IMG/VR virus record: IMGVR_UViG_3300037760_000038 | Span: 7,275-71,274 of that record | Source of the DNA: a virus | Taxonomy: Duplodnaviria; Caudoviricetes | Length of the DNA: 64,000 nt | Reading direction: 5' to 3' (one strand) | Shown: in pieces, positions 53,008-62,569 of the stretch | Numbering within the stretch: position 1 is the stretch's first letter | Layout of the letters: each line of letters begins with the position of its first letter | Position numbers and translations under genes: made by a program | Notes under the pieces: model-generated | What the model was told of the DNA's origin: nothing | The model's database searches: none | The model's input: only the letters and a program-made list of their open reading frames with translations

Positions 53008-53421
53008 CTACGACTCCTTGACAACGCGCCTGATCTTGGGTCCTTCAGCGCTCGGCTCGACGACCAGCTCGATGCCCTCGTCGGCGTCGGTCTTGGGTGG
53101 GTCGGAGTCGGGCTGAACTTCAGGGCTGCTGACCGGCGGCTGATCCGTTCGAACGGCAGGAGAATCGGCCCGAGCTGCCGGAGACTTGCCGTCTCGACGA
53201 GACCCGCTGTCCGTTTCACCCGCGTGCGCTGACCCCTGAAGAGGTCGGGCAGGGAGAAGACTTCCGACGCGCTCCCACCGGCTGGATTCGTCCATCTTGA
53301 GGATGAGACGCTTTTGCCGCCGCTCTGCTCGCTTGGGACTGGACGACCGAGATGCCGCTTCCTGCGGGGTGGGGACCTTCACCACCCGTCGGGTGCTGGT
53401 ATTGTGGTACGTGATGGGCAT
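53008..53421 (-). CDS. hypothetical structural-region protein
   Basis: coupled ORF between connector genes. Confidence 0.6.
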   Translation of the reverse strand: MPITYHNTSTRRVVKVPTPQEAASRSSSPKRAERRQKRLILKMDESSRWERVGSLLPARPLQGSAHAGETDSGSRRDGKSPAARADSPAVRTDQPPVSSPEVQPDSDPPKTDADEGIELVVEPSAEGPKIRRVVKES

Positions 53422-53852
53422 TAGTCGAATTCTCCTTTATCTACGGGAAAGGCGATGTCCGCTTCCAGAAGCAGACGTTCCGGCATGTCGCCTTCCAACG
53501 TTATGTGACCGATGATCGTCTCGTCAACGGCTTCAAGGATCAGCCGATCCTCTTCAGCCGTGGTGTAGATGCTAACCGACCCCGGCCCATGGGTGTCGTA
53601 AGCGTAGTCGCCGATCCGCTCCGACTTCAGGCCGCGAGGGTTAGTCGTTGCCCGAGTCACCATATTGAAGATGATCGGCTTGATCTGCCGGGGGACTGTT
53701 TCAGCGTCGGCGTCATCTAGGTGGGGTTGCGCCACCCGCCGCACGATCGCTGACGCGTCGGTTAGAAACGCCTCGATCTGCGCGCGTTTGACTCCGGTGA
53801 ACGTGCGTCCGGCCCTAGCCTCATATTCGTCGATGGTCAGAAAGTCAGGCAT
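53421..53852 (-). CDS. head-tail connector
   Basis: FLTDASAIVR, NPRGLKSERIGDYAY. Confidence 0.8.
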   Translation of the reverse strand: MPDFLTIDEYEARAGRTFTGVKRAQIEAFLTDASAIVRRVAQPHLDDADAETVPRQIKPIIFNMVTRATTNPRGLKSERIGDYAYDTHGPGSVSIYTTAEEDRLILEAVDETIIGHITLEGDMPERLLLEADIAFPVDKGEFD

Positions 53853-53882
53853 CGGGCACCCCCTCTTTCAGGAACCGCTGAA

Positions 53883-53907
53883 CTCGGGAGCGCTCAGCGC
53901 TCCCGAG
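53883..53907 (-). terminator. post-capsid terminator
   Basis: CTCGGGAGCG/CGCTCCCGAG hairpin just after the capsid stop. Confidence 0.65.
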
Positions 53908-53911
53908 TCGA

Positions 53912-54775
53912 TCAGCTCTCGTCGTCCTGGCCGAGGGTGACCACGCGGTCGATGTCCACCAGGCTGGCGCCAGCGTACGTGGACAGAACCGACTGAGTTT
54001 CCAGGTCGGCGGACACCCGGAAGACGTGGCGGATGCCGATACCCTCCTCGACCATGGTGGCCGAGTCGATGGTACCGGGGATGTCGGCCGGGGTGAGGTT
54101 GGCGAACGCGAATGCGGACTCGTGGTACGCCAGCGCCCGGAATCCGGTCAGACGCGGGTTCTTGACGACGATCAGACCCCGGTATTCACCGAGGATGCCG
54201 CGCCGGAGAGCTTCGGTGGCAACCTCTCCCTGGTAGTCGGTCAGGGACGCGCCGTTGGGGCTGGTCAGCCGGGCCGCGAACTGCGGACTTACGGCGAGGA
54301 ACCGCGAGTCCATCGGGTTCTCGGCCTCGTCCAGGTCGGCCACGGCGTCCGCGACCTCGTTGTCGAGGTCGGAGCCGTCGAGAGCGACCTCTCGGTCGAT
54401 GGGCAGACCCTGCATCACGTCGGCTAGCTGCCGCTCGGCACCACCGGCTACGGCGCGCACCTGCGGTCGGGTGACCTGCTGACCGAAGTTCACGATGTCG
54501 AGGGTGCGCTGGTGCTCATTGACGGTCGCGGCGTCGTAGACGTGCTCGACGTCGAACTCCACCTCGTCCTCGTCGATCTCGGTGTACGTCAGCGCGCCCC
54601 CGCGCTCCTGAATGCGCGCCGTCCGGGGGACCGGCACTCGCAGGATGGTGGTACCGCCGGACGGCGGAGCCACGTCGCTGGAAGGGACCTGCAGAACCGT
54701 CTGCGTCAGGCTGAGTTCAGCGCTGAGCAGGTCGATGGCGAGCGTAGAAACGCTGGCCGATGTCACAAAGGTCAT
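53912..54775 (-). CDS. major capsid protein (P22 coat-like, HK97 fold)
   Basis: GGTTILRVP, RFLAVSP, LRRGILGEYRG, ALAYHESAFAFA; strong GC3 bias. Confidence 0.88.
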   Translation of the reverse strand: MTFVTSASVSTLAIDLLSAELSLTQTVLQVPSSDVAPPSGGTTILRVPVPRTARIQERGGALTYTEIDEDEVEFDVEHVYDAATVNEHQRTLDIVNFGQQVTRPQVRAVAGGAERQLADVMQGLPIDREVALDGSDLDNEVADAVADLDEAENPMDSRFLAVSPQFAARLTSPNGASLTDYQGEVATEALRRGILGEYRGLIVVKNPRLTGFRALAYHESAFAFANLTPADIPGTIDSATMVEEGIGIRHVFRVSADLETQSVLSTYAGASLVDIDRVVTLGQDDES

Positions 54776-54822
54776 GGTGTTTCGCTTTCTGTGTTAGGAC
54801 CTCCGGGCATCGGCCCGAAAGG

Positions 54823-55467
54823 TTAGCGTCGTTTCTTTCCGAGAACCGCGCTTAGGATGTCCTCGCGCGACATTCCGCTGTCGCCGCTGGCGGAGCCGCT
54901 GCGTAGCTTCTCCTTGGGCTTGGATGAGCCGTTGGTGCGGGTGGTAGTCCGAGCGGCCTTATCGGCTTCAGTCTTGGCCTTGGCAAATTCCAGGATGGCT
55001 TCCGCCTGCTCGGCCAAGTCTTCCTCTGTCTCGGCACTCAGGAGTTCGACCGGAACTCCCGTCTTGCGTGCGGTGTCAGATCGGAGGGCGCGAACTCGAT
55101 TGGTCTCGTTTTCGCTCTGGAGCTGTTGCACCTGTTCGGCCAGCCGCTCCATTTCGGACTTGTCGGCGCGCTCAGCGTCCTTGATACGCTTGGCTGCGTC
55201 GGCGTTCTCGCGGGCTGACTTCTCGTTCGCCTTGGCTCGCTTCTCCCACTTGCGGGCCATAGCCTTCCAGTCCACGCCCGTGGTACTGCTGGTGCCAGCC
55301 TGGGAATCGCCACTCGCCCCGGTGGTGTCGTCCTGGCCCTCCGTGGCGTCCGTCTCGCCCTGAGAGCCGCTACCGATCTGTGAGCCCCCACCCTGGTCTT
55401 CCGTGCCCTCGGAAGTATCCTCTGTGGCCTCGTCCTGCTGATCTTCGTTCTCTTCGGTGTCAGCCAT
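54823..55467 (-). CDS. capsid scaffolding protein
   Basis: acidic N-terminus, DWKAMARKWEKRAK, coiled coil. Confidence 0.88.
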   Translation of the reverse strand: MADTEENEDQQDEATEDTSEGTEDQGGGSQIGSGSQGETDATEGQDDTTGASGDSQAGTSSTTGVDWKAMARKWEKRAKANEKSARENADAAKRIKDAERADKSEMERLAEQVQQLQSENETNRVRALRSDTARKTGVPVELLSAETEEDLAEQAEAILEFAKAKTEADKAARTTTRTNGSSKPKEKLRSGSASGDSGMSREDILSAVLGKKRR

Positions 55468-55520
55468 GCGGCTATCTCCCGTTAATCAGGCACCCTGCGG
55501 TGCCGGGTTCATGACCCAGC

Positions 55521-55829
55521 TCAGTCGCTGGCGTCTTCCAGATGGCGCCGCAGATGGCGCTCAACCGCAGCACGATCAGCAGCCGGGATGCTGGCCTGCG
55601 ACAACCTAGCCAGTGCGTTACGCACGGCCGGTAATACCGCAGGAGATCCGACGCGGGGAGCGTGATGCGGAAACTTGTAGGCAGCTTTGACGTCCGAGTC
55701 CATGTCAGGATCGGTCCAAGCATGCATATATCGTAGAACCTCAGGATCATTGGGCGCTGCGGCGGTTGCGGCCGGTCCGTCCCAAGGACGTTCTACGGCG
55801 TCAGTCGAATGAGATCGAGTCGCTGGCAT
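55521..55829 (-). CDS. 102-aa head-module protein
   Basis: WDGPAA..YKFPHH..A..RL....IP..D...V..HLRRH motif, seen in actinophage head genes. Confidence 0.65.
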   Translation of the reverse strand: MPATRSHSTDAVERPWDGPAATAAAPNDPEVLRYMHAWTDPDMDSDVKAAYKFPHHAPRVGSPAVLPAVRNALARLSQASIPAADRAAVERHLRRHLEDASD

Positions 55830-57159
55830 CGTCGTCTTCCTCAGTCTCTGACTCCGACTGATCGGATTCAACACGCTGGTCTGTGGTCGAAGCCGCTTCA
55901 TGCAACTTGACAATGTCCGCTCCTGAGAAGGGAAGGTGATCCCACAGCGCGCGCGGGTTGACTCCCAGCTTGTCGGCGATGTCGCCCAGCATGCTAACCA
56001 ACTGAATGGCCCGCTGATCGAGGGTGGGCTTCCACCTGACACGGGCCATCGGGTCCAAATCTATCCCGATCAGGTTGCCTGCCTGGCCCAACAACTGCTC
56101 GTGAGACTCGCCGTAAATGATCTGGCGTTCCGCCACCTTGCGCGCCGTGGATTCGCGGTTTTCTACCAGCGCAGCCGCTGCCAAGTTGGCCAGCGTTCCC
56201 AAAAGCTCATTTGCCGGAGTTTGGCTGATGGCGGACATCATGCGCAGCGCTGCTTGGCGGGACTCAAGGAACCCGTCAAGCTGAGTCTGGCTCAGTTCTT
56301 CGAACTGAACGTCGCCCGGTTCCGCGTTCACGGTCATCATGGTGTTGGCGGATGCCTTCACCAACTTGGCTTCCAGTTCCTTGACCATCCGGCCGATGAT
56401 GATCTTTCGGCCGTGCGCTCCGTAGTGCTGAGCTACCAGCAGGTGGAACGTCGTCAAGTTTATCTGATCCTGAAGCGTGAACAGCGGCTCAACATCACCT
56501 ATAACCGGGTCGTCAAGGTCCTCATCCGATACGTACCGGACGATGGGGGTGACGTCCTGCTCATGCGACGTGTCGGACCCGGGAACGAACTGAAACGACG
56601 TGCCCCGACTGGTCCCCCCAGTACGTCGACCCGTGGAAGACCGCAGCAAGTCGTACGTGTTCTCGTCGTCGTACAGTCGCCATGGCCCGCCGGATCGCTC
56701 TTCCAGCCCGAACCTAGGCCAGTCCATGTCGGACCCGAATGCGGTGGTCATACGCTGAGGACTAACAGGCCGAAGCAACGGAACGCCGTTGTCGCCCGGC
56801 AGGATCGTGGCGTACGCTGACCCGTAGCTACCGGCCGACCTGTGCACACCGATCTGCTTGCGGTCCCACCGGTTGCGCTGCCAGATGCCCCAGATCACCT
56901 CGGAGCCGACTTCATCTTCCGAGGTGTACCCGTCCACAAACATCTGCTGCGTGGTCGACTTGACCACTAGGTTCATCACGTTGACTCGGGCCATTTGTGC
57001 CAGAGCCTGAAGCTCGCGCGGAGCCCCCATGGGCAGCCATACCAACCGAGGTTCTCCGGTCAAGTAGTCCCGGATCTTTTCCAGTCGTCGGCGATCCTTA
57101 GACCGCAGGTTGAACAGCTCGGAGGCGGCTTCCTCGGCTTCAGAAGGCGACAGCGCCAC
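55801..57159 (-). CDS. portal protein (SPP1 gp6-like)
   Basis: YLTG, NVMNLVV, WQRNRWD, LQDQIN; follows terL. Confidence 0.9.
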   Translation of the reverse strand: MALSPSEAEEAASELFNLRSKDRRRLEKIRDYLTGEPRLVWLPMGAPRELQALAQMARVNVMNLVVKSTTQQMFVDGYTSEDEVGSEVIWGIWQRNRWDRKQIGVHRSAGSYGSAYATILPGDNGVPLLRPVSPQRMTTAFGSDMDWPRFGLEERSGGPWRLYDDENTYDLLRSSTGRRTGGTSRGTSFQFVPGSDTSHEQDVTPIVRYVSDEDLDDPVIGDVEPLFTLQDQINLTTFHLLVAQHYGAHGRKIIIGRMVKELEAKLVKASANTMMTVNAEPGDVQFEELSQTQLDGFLESRQAALRMMSAISQTPANELLGTLANLAAAALVENRESTARKVAERQIIYGESHEQLLGQAGNLIGIDLDPMARVRWKPTLDQRAIQLVSMLGDIADKLGVNPRALWDHLPFSGADIVKLHEAASTTDQRVESDQSESETEEDDDASDSISFD

Positions 57160-57174
57160 TTGCCTGCACCTCCT

Positions 57175-58512
57175 TTACCACTCGTACCCCGACACGTCCT
57201 GGATTCCGCTTGACTTGCCTACGTTGTCCACTTCCGCGACCACGTAGCGCATGGCGTCGCATCCGTGGTCGTCCTCTTTGACGGGGTGTTCTTTGTTGCC
57301 CTTGGCGTCCGCCCAGACGTACCCCGGAATTTCCTCTTCGGTGCACGTGGGCTTTTTGGCGTCGGCTAGTGCTGCGTCTCGTCGAACCACTGCATTTCGG
57401 CAAACATAAATCCGGGCGTACCCGTCCTCTGCTGGCTTGATTCGAGACTGCACCGCTTGCAGACCATCGCTAACGGTCTTGCGCGCTGCGGTGGTCTTCA
57501 TCCCCAAATAACGTTCAAGGGTGGCTCGATCTTCGGCGTCGTGGTCGCATACGATCTCGCGGGGTCGAGGTTCCAGCCACTCGCCGTTCTTTCCGGTCAC
57601 TTGCTCCAGCGCGTTTTTGGCGTGATCTTCGACCAGCCCACGTGTCTGGTAGATCTCCCGATACAGGTACAACCGACCGTCCGGGTCACGGGCCCACATC
57701 TGTAGCACAAACGGGTTGGTAAAACCAAAGTCCACGGACCACCAACGATCCCACGACAAAGGTACCTGGAATCGGTCAATGACGTGGACTGCCGGATCGA
57801 AGTCTTCGTAGATCAAGCCTTCAGCAGCGACCCATAGACCCTTGCGCAACCGCAGGTACCGGACGCCGGTAAGTTTCTCCAGCTTTAGCAGGTATTCTCG
57901 GCCTGCGTCGGTCATCCGGCCGTCTGGTTTGAACAGCGTCGGGTTGTCCTCGTGCCTGGACTCGAACAGCTTGGTGTCGCCTCGATCACACCGTTGTTTG
58001 AGCCAGTGAGTAGGCATCGACGGGTTGGTGTCGGCCATAAGTTGCTGGAAGCTGATCCGACCGTTACGCAGGCGGGTGGTGATCGACTCCCAGTCGTTCT
58101 CAGTCAGCTCGATGGCTTCCTGAGCATAGGCCACGTCGTATTCGGACGACATGATCTTGGTGGCCTTGTCCATGCCACCAATGGCGATCGATGACTCATT
58201 GGCGTACTGGTACTGCGGAGGCTGCTCGGCGCTGCCGCCGTAAAACCAAACCAAGCCCGCGTCTATCGCCTCTTTGACGACGTGTTCTCGCCAGGTCACC
58301 AGCGCCGTTGAGCCCAACGATTCTCGAGTCTTGCGCACGATCAAGCCGCGCATGCCCGGATTGGACAAGGCCAGCAGATGCAGTTTTTCGAGGCACGCCC
58401 GACTTTTACCTGTTCCCGCCGGTCCGCCCAGCAACACCTCGGACGACCGACAGTGAAACAAATCCAGAGCAGCGCCGTAAGGATGGTACGTATGGTTAAG
58501 GGTCGAGGTCAT
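57175..58512 (-). CDS. terL: terminase large subunit
   Basis: GGPAGTGKS, QEAIE, DTNP, VDFGFTNP, DDHGCDAMRY. Confidence 0.95.
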   Translation of the reverse strand: MTSTLNHTYHPYGAALDLFHCRSSEVLLGGPAGTGKSRACLEKLHLLALSNPGMRGLIVRKTRESLGSTALVTWREHVVKEAIDAGLVWFYGGSAEQPPQYQYANESSIAIGGMDKATKIMSSEYDVAYAQEAIELTENDWESITTRLRNGRISFQQLMADTNPSMPTHWLKQRCDRGDTKLFESRHEDNPTLFKPDGRMTDAGREYLLKLEKLTGVRYLRLRKGLWVAAEGLIYEDFDPAVHVIDRFQVPLSWDRWWSVDFGFTNPFVLQMWARDPDGRLYLYREIYQTRGLVEDHAKNALEQVTGKNGEWLEPRPREIVCDHDAEDRATLERYLGMKTTAARKTVSDGLQAVQSRIKPAEDGYARIYVCRNAVVRRDAALADAKKPTCTEEEIPGYVWADAKGNKEHPVKEDDHGCDAMRYVVAEVDNVGKSSGIQDVSGYEW

Positions 58513-59000
58513 CGAAGCTTGGACATGTCCACACCCACGACCTCGTACTTGACCCCGCCAGACACCTGAGTCTTGGTCGCGGCGTCCAGACCAAGAAGCT
58601 TGGCTCGACGTTCCTGGATCTTCAGCAGCCGATCAATCGAGGACAGGATCGGGCCGGTGTCTTCGACCGGCGTTTCTCCGTGGTAGATGATCTTGCCGTG
58701 AGAGATGGTCAGGTGCTGACGTTCCAGAACCTTGTGCACGACCTCGTACATCCGATCGAGCCGCTCAAGCTCCATGGCTCGAAGTTCCTCGGCAGGCTCT
58801 TGGATGATTCGCTTGATGGTCCGCTGAACACCTCGGTAGGCGTGGCTCTCGTCGGAGTATCCCAGGGCGTCAGCGATGTCCGCGAACGTGGTTCCCTTGG
58901 ATCGCATCCGGCAGGCTTCAGCGTCACGCTCTGCGGCGTCCATCGTGTAAATAAACCGGCCGGAGCCGTCGCGCGGGTTGGTCTCGGCAGGATTGCTCAT
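58509..59000 (-). CDS. terS: terminase small subunit
   Basis: HTH, ELERLD, IQERRAKLLGLDA. Confidence 0.85.
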   Translation of the reverse strand: MSNPAETNPRDGSGRFIYTMDAAERDAEACRMRSKGTTFADIADALGYSDESHAYRGVQRTIKRIIQEPAEELRAMELERLDRMYEVVHKVLERQHLTISHGKIIYHGETPVEDTGPILSSIDRLLKIQERRAKLLGLDAATKTQVSGGVKYEVVGVDMSKLR

Positions 59001-59206
59001 GCCGCCACCCCCTGTTGAGTCTTGACCGGCGGTGCCGTTCCGGGACCGTCTGCGGTCTTAGCGTTCAGATCTCGCAAGTTGTATCGAGTTCGGCTGCGGA
59101 TGGTTGTCTTTTCGACTCGACCCTCTGAAGCCCATCGCCAGATGGTCCCCTTGGGTCGTCCTGTCCACGACACAGCCTCGTCGATACTAATCCAGATCGG
59201 GTTCAT
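58997..59206 (-). CDS. MerR/excisionase-like HTH protein
   Basis: SIDEAVSWTGRPKGTIWRWASEG. Confidence 0.75.
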   Translation of the reverse strand: MNPIWISIDEAVSWTGRPKGTIWRWASEGRVEKTTIRSRTRYNLRDLNAKTADGPGTAPPVKTQQGVAA

Positions 59207-59283
59207 TTCGCTCCCAGTCCGGGCATGCGCAGGGGCCGACCTGTATCGGTCGGCCCCTCGCACCGCTGTTCCATCTGACACCT

Positions 59284-59312
59284 AGTATACTTCGTCCCTG
59301 GCCCGGTGTCAA
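59284..59312 (-). promoter_or_regulatory. promoter of the structural operon, without the palindrome
   Basis: TTGACA-17-TATACT. Confidence 0.75.
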
Positions 59313-59320
59313 GTGGGCCG

Positions 59321-59752
59321 TCAACGCCGGTTAGCAGGTAGCCCAGAGCGTACCACCCGAAGACCCCACACGATCACGATGGCGGCCACCACAAACACGA
59401 CTGCTACGGCCACGATCATCATCGCTGACACGGCCACCAACGGCACTATGACCGGAATCAGGATCAGCCCGCACACGGTGACCATGGCCAGCAGCAGACA
59501 CACCGGAATGACTTGATCGAGCAGCACCGAACCGCGCCGATTGGGGCTGGCGCTCTGCTCTGCACTAACCCTGGCCTCATACCATCCGGGACATTTCGGG
59601 CATACGCAGGTTGACGCGTGCCCGGTGATCGGGTTCACTTTCCCGGCCGTTCGTACCGCCGGAGCGCGCGTTGACTGCTGTTCTCTCCACTGAAGGAACA
59701 TCTCGAAGTCGTCGCGCACGTTGTCAAGCTCCTGTTGGTTCAAGAAAAACAC
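59321..59752 (-). CDS. membrane protein (start uncertain)
   Basis: long hydrophobic C-terminal stretch; CVCPKC. Confidence 0.65.
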   Translation of the reverse strand: MFFLNQQELDNVRDDFEMFLQWREQQSTRAPAVRTAGKVNPITGHASTCVCPKCPGWYEARVSAEQSASPNRRGSVLLDQVIPVCLLLAMVTVCGLILIPVIVPLVAVSAMMIVAVAVVFVVAAIVIVWGLRVVRSGLPANRR

Positions 59753-59767
59753 CTCCTCTCGGCTTCT

Positions 59768-59798
59768 ATTGTATCATGCGCCTTGTCAAACAGTCAAG
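59768..59798 (-). promoter_or_regulatory. promoter
   Basis: TTGACT-18-TACAAT. Confidence 0.7.
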
Positions 59799-59842
59799 TG
59801 GCCCCCAACCTCAACGGTTGGGGGCCACTTGTCGAGCTGAGA

Positions 59843-60181
59843 TCAGAGCCGCACCACGCGGTAGAGCGCTTCGGTCTCGATCCCCTTCACGATGACGTCG
59901 CCGTTCTGCGTGGAGCCGATTCGCTCGAACAGATCATCGGTCTTGGCCGACGTCGGCTTGCTGACCTTGGGTCGCACGTCGTCCGTCTCGTACCTCCACG
60001 CCTGACCGCGCAGCACCACCGTGATGGGCAGTTCCTGACGCTTGATCAGACCGTTGACGGCAGCCTGAACCTGACCCCTGGTCAGGTCGGTTGCTCGGCT
60101 GATCTCCTCACACGTGACGTCCGACCCACGCTTCCGGTTCAGGACGTCCAGCACTTTGCCGCCTACCCTGGCGCTTCCCAT
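59843..60181 (-). CDS. winged-helix DNA-binding protein
   Basis: VTCEEISRATDLTRGQVQAAVNGL; RBS GAGGAG. Confidence 0.7.
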   Translation of the reverse strand: MGSARVGGKVLDVLNRKRGSDVTCEEISRATDLTRGQVQAAVNGLIKRQELPITVVLRGQAWRYETDDVRPKVSKPTSAKTDDLFERIGSTQNGDVIVKGIETEALYRVVRL

Positions 60182-60201
60182 GTTTGCTCCTCGTCTGTGG
60201 A

Positions 60202-60247
60202 CTTGCTTACAGCTCAAGTCTATCATGCTCATTGCGTCGTGCGCAAG
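60202..60247 (-). promoter_or_regulatory. promoter with two operator-like sites
   Basis: TTGCGC-18-TAGACT (60217-60246); second site CTTGCT-N5-CTCAAG at 60202-60218. Confidence 0.7.
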
Positions 60248-60268
60248 TTGTCGTTTTGCCTGCGTTTA

Positions 60269-60502
60269 TCAGGCGTTTATCTCGATCCGAGGCATTGACG
60301 ACCACGTGAAATTGACCACCGCCACCTGCCCGGGGTCAACATCCAGCTGGTTGACGATCCAGTCGAAGCACGAAGTCTGCACGCTCTCGTCGGTGAACGT
60401 ACCATCGGTCACATACGCCGAGTTGTTCACATGGTACAGACTAAGCTCCCCGTATTCGTTATTGACACTGACTTCCGCGTGCCAGATGAACTCGACGGAC
60501 AT
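60269..60502 (-). CDS. hypothetical protein
   Basis: RBS AGGAAGG; MSVEFIWHAEV... Confidence 0.65.
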   Translation of the reverse strand: MSVEFIWHAEVSVNNEYGELSLYHVNNSAYVTDGTFTDESVQTSCFDWIVNQLDVDPGQVAVVNFTWSSMPRIEINA

Positions 60503-60563
60503 GGGCTTGTTCCTTCCTGGAGTTTGCCGGGGTGCGGCAACCGGCCGCACCCCGGTCGGTGTG

Positions 60564-61421
60564 TCAGTGTTCGCCGATCTCTTCGCCGCAACGGCCGCAG
60601 CTGTAGTTGTCCGATCCGTTATTCCACCGGGGCCGGTGCTCAGAGTAGACACCGGGGGACCTGTAATCGTCGGCGGGACGGCAGACCGGCTTCTCGGGCT
60701 CCAGGTCGTAGTCCATGACCTCGCGACCAAGGTGGGTGACGTGCCTGCCGCCTGCTTCGACCAGCCCGCGCCGCTGCATCGCCACAACAGTTCCGGTGTG
60801 ACCACCGACGATACCGTCGTACTGGGTGAGCGCGTGCGCCAGCGCGCGCATCATGGGGTCGGTGACCTTGTGCTTGCGCTGCAACCGCTGCGCCGGAGTC
60901 AGGTCATCCTCGCGGGTAGCCGGGAATTCAGTTCGCTCAACCTGCGCGCCCTTGCGGCGGCTGAGAGTGCGCTGCCGGAACTTCTCCTGGTCCCTGCTGA
61001 TGCCCTCCGCCACCCCCGCCGAGATCTTGTCTCCGCCCACGCTCTGCGCGGCGTCGATGCTGTGTTCCCACCCGCCGAACATCGGCCCGTGTCCCCAAGC
61101 CTTGATCAGGAAGCCCTTGGCCTTGGCGTCGTGACCCGGCAGGAACTTCCGGCCCTTCGACGGCTTGCGGCTGAAGTCGCAGCCGGTGGTGAAAACGCGA
61201 CCCTCGCGGCGGTACCCAAGCTGAGCGCACGCGCAAGGGGTGGCGGGGGCGAGATCCGAAACCGCCGCGTCGGTCCAGCCGGTCGGCAGCAGGTGCACGA
61301 AATCGGGGAGCAGCTCCACGCTGACGACCTCACCGCTAGGCGTGACGGCCGGTGCGGTGCGAATCCACCCGTACACCTGCTGGCCGTCTACCTGAAGACT
61401 GACGATCTGGCCCTTTTCCAT
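60564..61421 (-). CDS. PGHD-family protein 3
   Basis: PCAC..GC..FLPGHDAKAK; RBS GAGGAG. Confidence 0.8.
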   Translation of the reverse strand: MEKGQIVSLQVDGQQVYGWIRTAPAVTPSGEVVSVELLPDFVHLLPTGWTDAAVSDLAPATPCACAQLGYRREGRVFTTGCDFSRKPSKGRKFLPGHDAKAKGFLIKAWGHGPMFGGWEHSIDAAQSVGGDKISAGVAEGISRDQEKFRQRTLSRRKGAQVERTEFPATREDDLTPAQRLQRKHKVTDPMMRALAHALTQYDGIVGGHTGTVVAMQRRGLVEAGGRHVTHLGREVMDYDLEPEKPVCRPADDYRSPGVYSEHRPRWNNGSDNYSCGRCGEEIGEH

Positions 61422-61468
61422 CTCAAGCTCCTCGACTTGGGGGCGGCCTTCCCGCCCTGTCTAATTCT

Positions 61469-61498
61469 ATTAAATCACATTCTTGCGGTTTGCGCAAG
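61469..61498 (-). promoter_or_regulatory. promoter with perfect palindrome
   Basis: -35 TTGCGC; palindrome at 61482-61498. Confidence 0.7.
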
Positions 61499-61575
61499 TA
61501 GATCTGCGTGGTCTTCGTTACACGCACACGCCGATGCCCCCCGGCGAAAACCGGAGGGCATCGGGTTGAGTCTAA

Positions 61576-61995
61576 TCAGGAGCTGTTGCGCTCGCTTTCG
61601 GCCTGGGCGTGAAAAGCCCACATGATGCGAACAAGATCGGTCTGCGGGTCGACGGGGTCGTCGTCCGTCCCGTCCGTCGCGATCTTGACCCGGGCGCGCT
61701 CCTCGCCTGCTGAGTTCTCGGCCAGCAGCGACCCATACCCGTCGGCGACCACGGTGACGACATGAAACCCGCCGTTGCCCGTGTTGATCGTCATGGGCTC
61801 GACCTTTACATCGACCTCGGTCCGACCCGGGTTGCCGTATCCGCGCCCGTTGATAGCCTCGTGGAGAAGCTCGGCCAAGATCTGCTGCGGGGTCAGCCCC
61901 CGGTCTTCGGCGACCTGCTTGATAACCTGGGCCGTCTGGCCGGTAACCTGGCCGTCGAAGTTGATGGGCTGCGTCCACTTGGGCGTTGCGACCAT
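61576..61995 (-). CDS. hypothetical protein (possible ribbon-helix-helix N-terminus)
   Basis: RBS GGGAGG; own promoter. Confidence 0.7.
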   Translation of the reverse strand: MVATPKWTQPINFDGQVTGQTAQVIKQVAEDRGLTPQQILAELLHEAINGRGYGNPGRTEVDVKVEPMTINTGNGGFHVVTVVADGYGSLLAENSAGEERARVKIATDGTDDDPVDPQTDLVRIMWAFHAQAESERNSS

Positions 61996-62042
61996 TTCGT
62001 GTCCTCCCGGTCCGGGGCGGCCAACCCACCCCGTCTACGACA

Positions 62043-62073
62043 ATTTTACCACATCGCTTGTCGGTTGCGCAAG
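62043..62073 (-). promoter_or_regulatory. promoter
   Basis: TTGCGC-18-TAAAAT with shared TTGTCGTAGACGGGG leader. Confidence 0.8.
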
Positions 62074-62111
62074 TAACCGGGGCGGCAGCCGACGCCACCG
62101 CCCCGGGGGGA

Positions 62112-62372
62112 TCACCGCTGCGAGGTCGGCACCCACGACGCGACGTGGCCGATACCGACCAGGTCGTTAGCAACCCGACGCCACATGTCGTCGTACCATT
62201 GGCACGAAACCGACAGAACCCTACCCGACCTAATGTCGCGCTGAACCCCAATCACGACGCCAACCCATCCCCGGTACCGGGCGCAGCAGTAGCAGAACTT
62301 AGCGTCGGTCGGAACGGTCACCAGAGAGCCGATGGCCGGAGCGGGGAGGTAAGGAGGAAGCGACATCGCCAA
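62112..62372 (-). CDS. hypothetical protein
   Basis: ORF after the 62418 promoter. Confidence 0.55.
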   Translation of the reverse strand: MAMSLPPYLPAPAIGSLVTVPTDAKFCYCCARYRGWVGVVIGVQRDIRSGRVLSVSCQWYDDMWRRVANDLVGIGHVASWVPTSQR

Positions 62373-62417
62373 AATCCCGTCGTCGTCGCGGGGGCTGATC
62401 CCCTGCGTTCTGGTTCT

Positions 62418-62448
62418 ATTTTAACATACGTCTTGCGGTTGACGCAAG
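62418..62448 (-). promoter_or_regulatory. promoter with perfect palindrome
   Basis: TTGCGT-18-TAAAAT; palindrome at 62432-62448. Confidence 0.85.
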
Positions 62449-62569
62449 TTCGCTGGTGAGAGCTTTCGTGGGGTCTTCCGTGGCCTCTCGCTGGCGTGGT
62501 GGTATTGCCAGCCCCCGGGCGCGCCGGAGCCCCCGGGTGGCATCCCGGGGGCTCACGACGGGGGAGGTC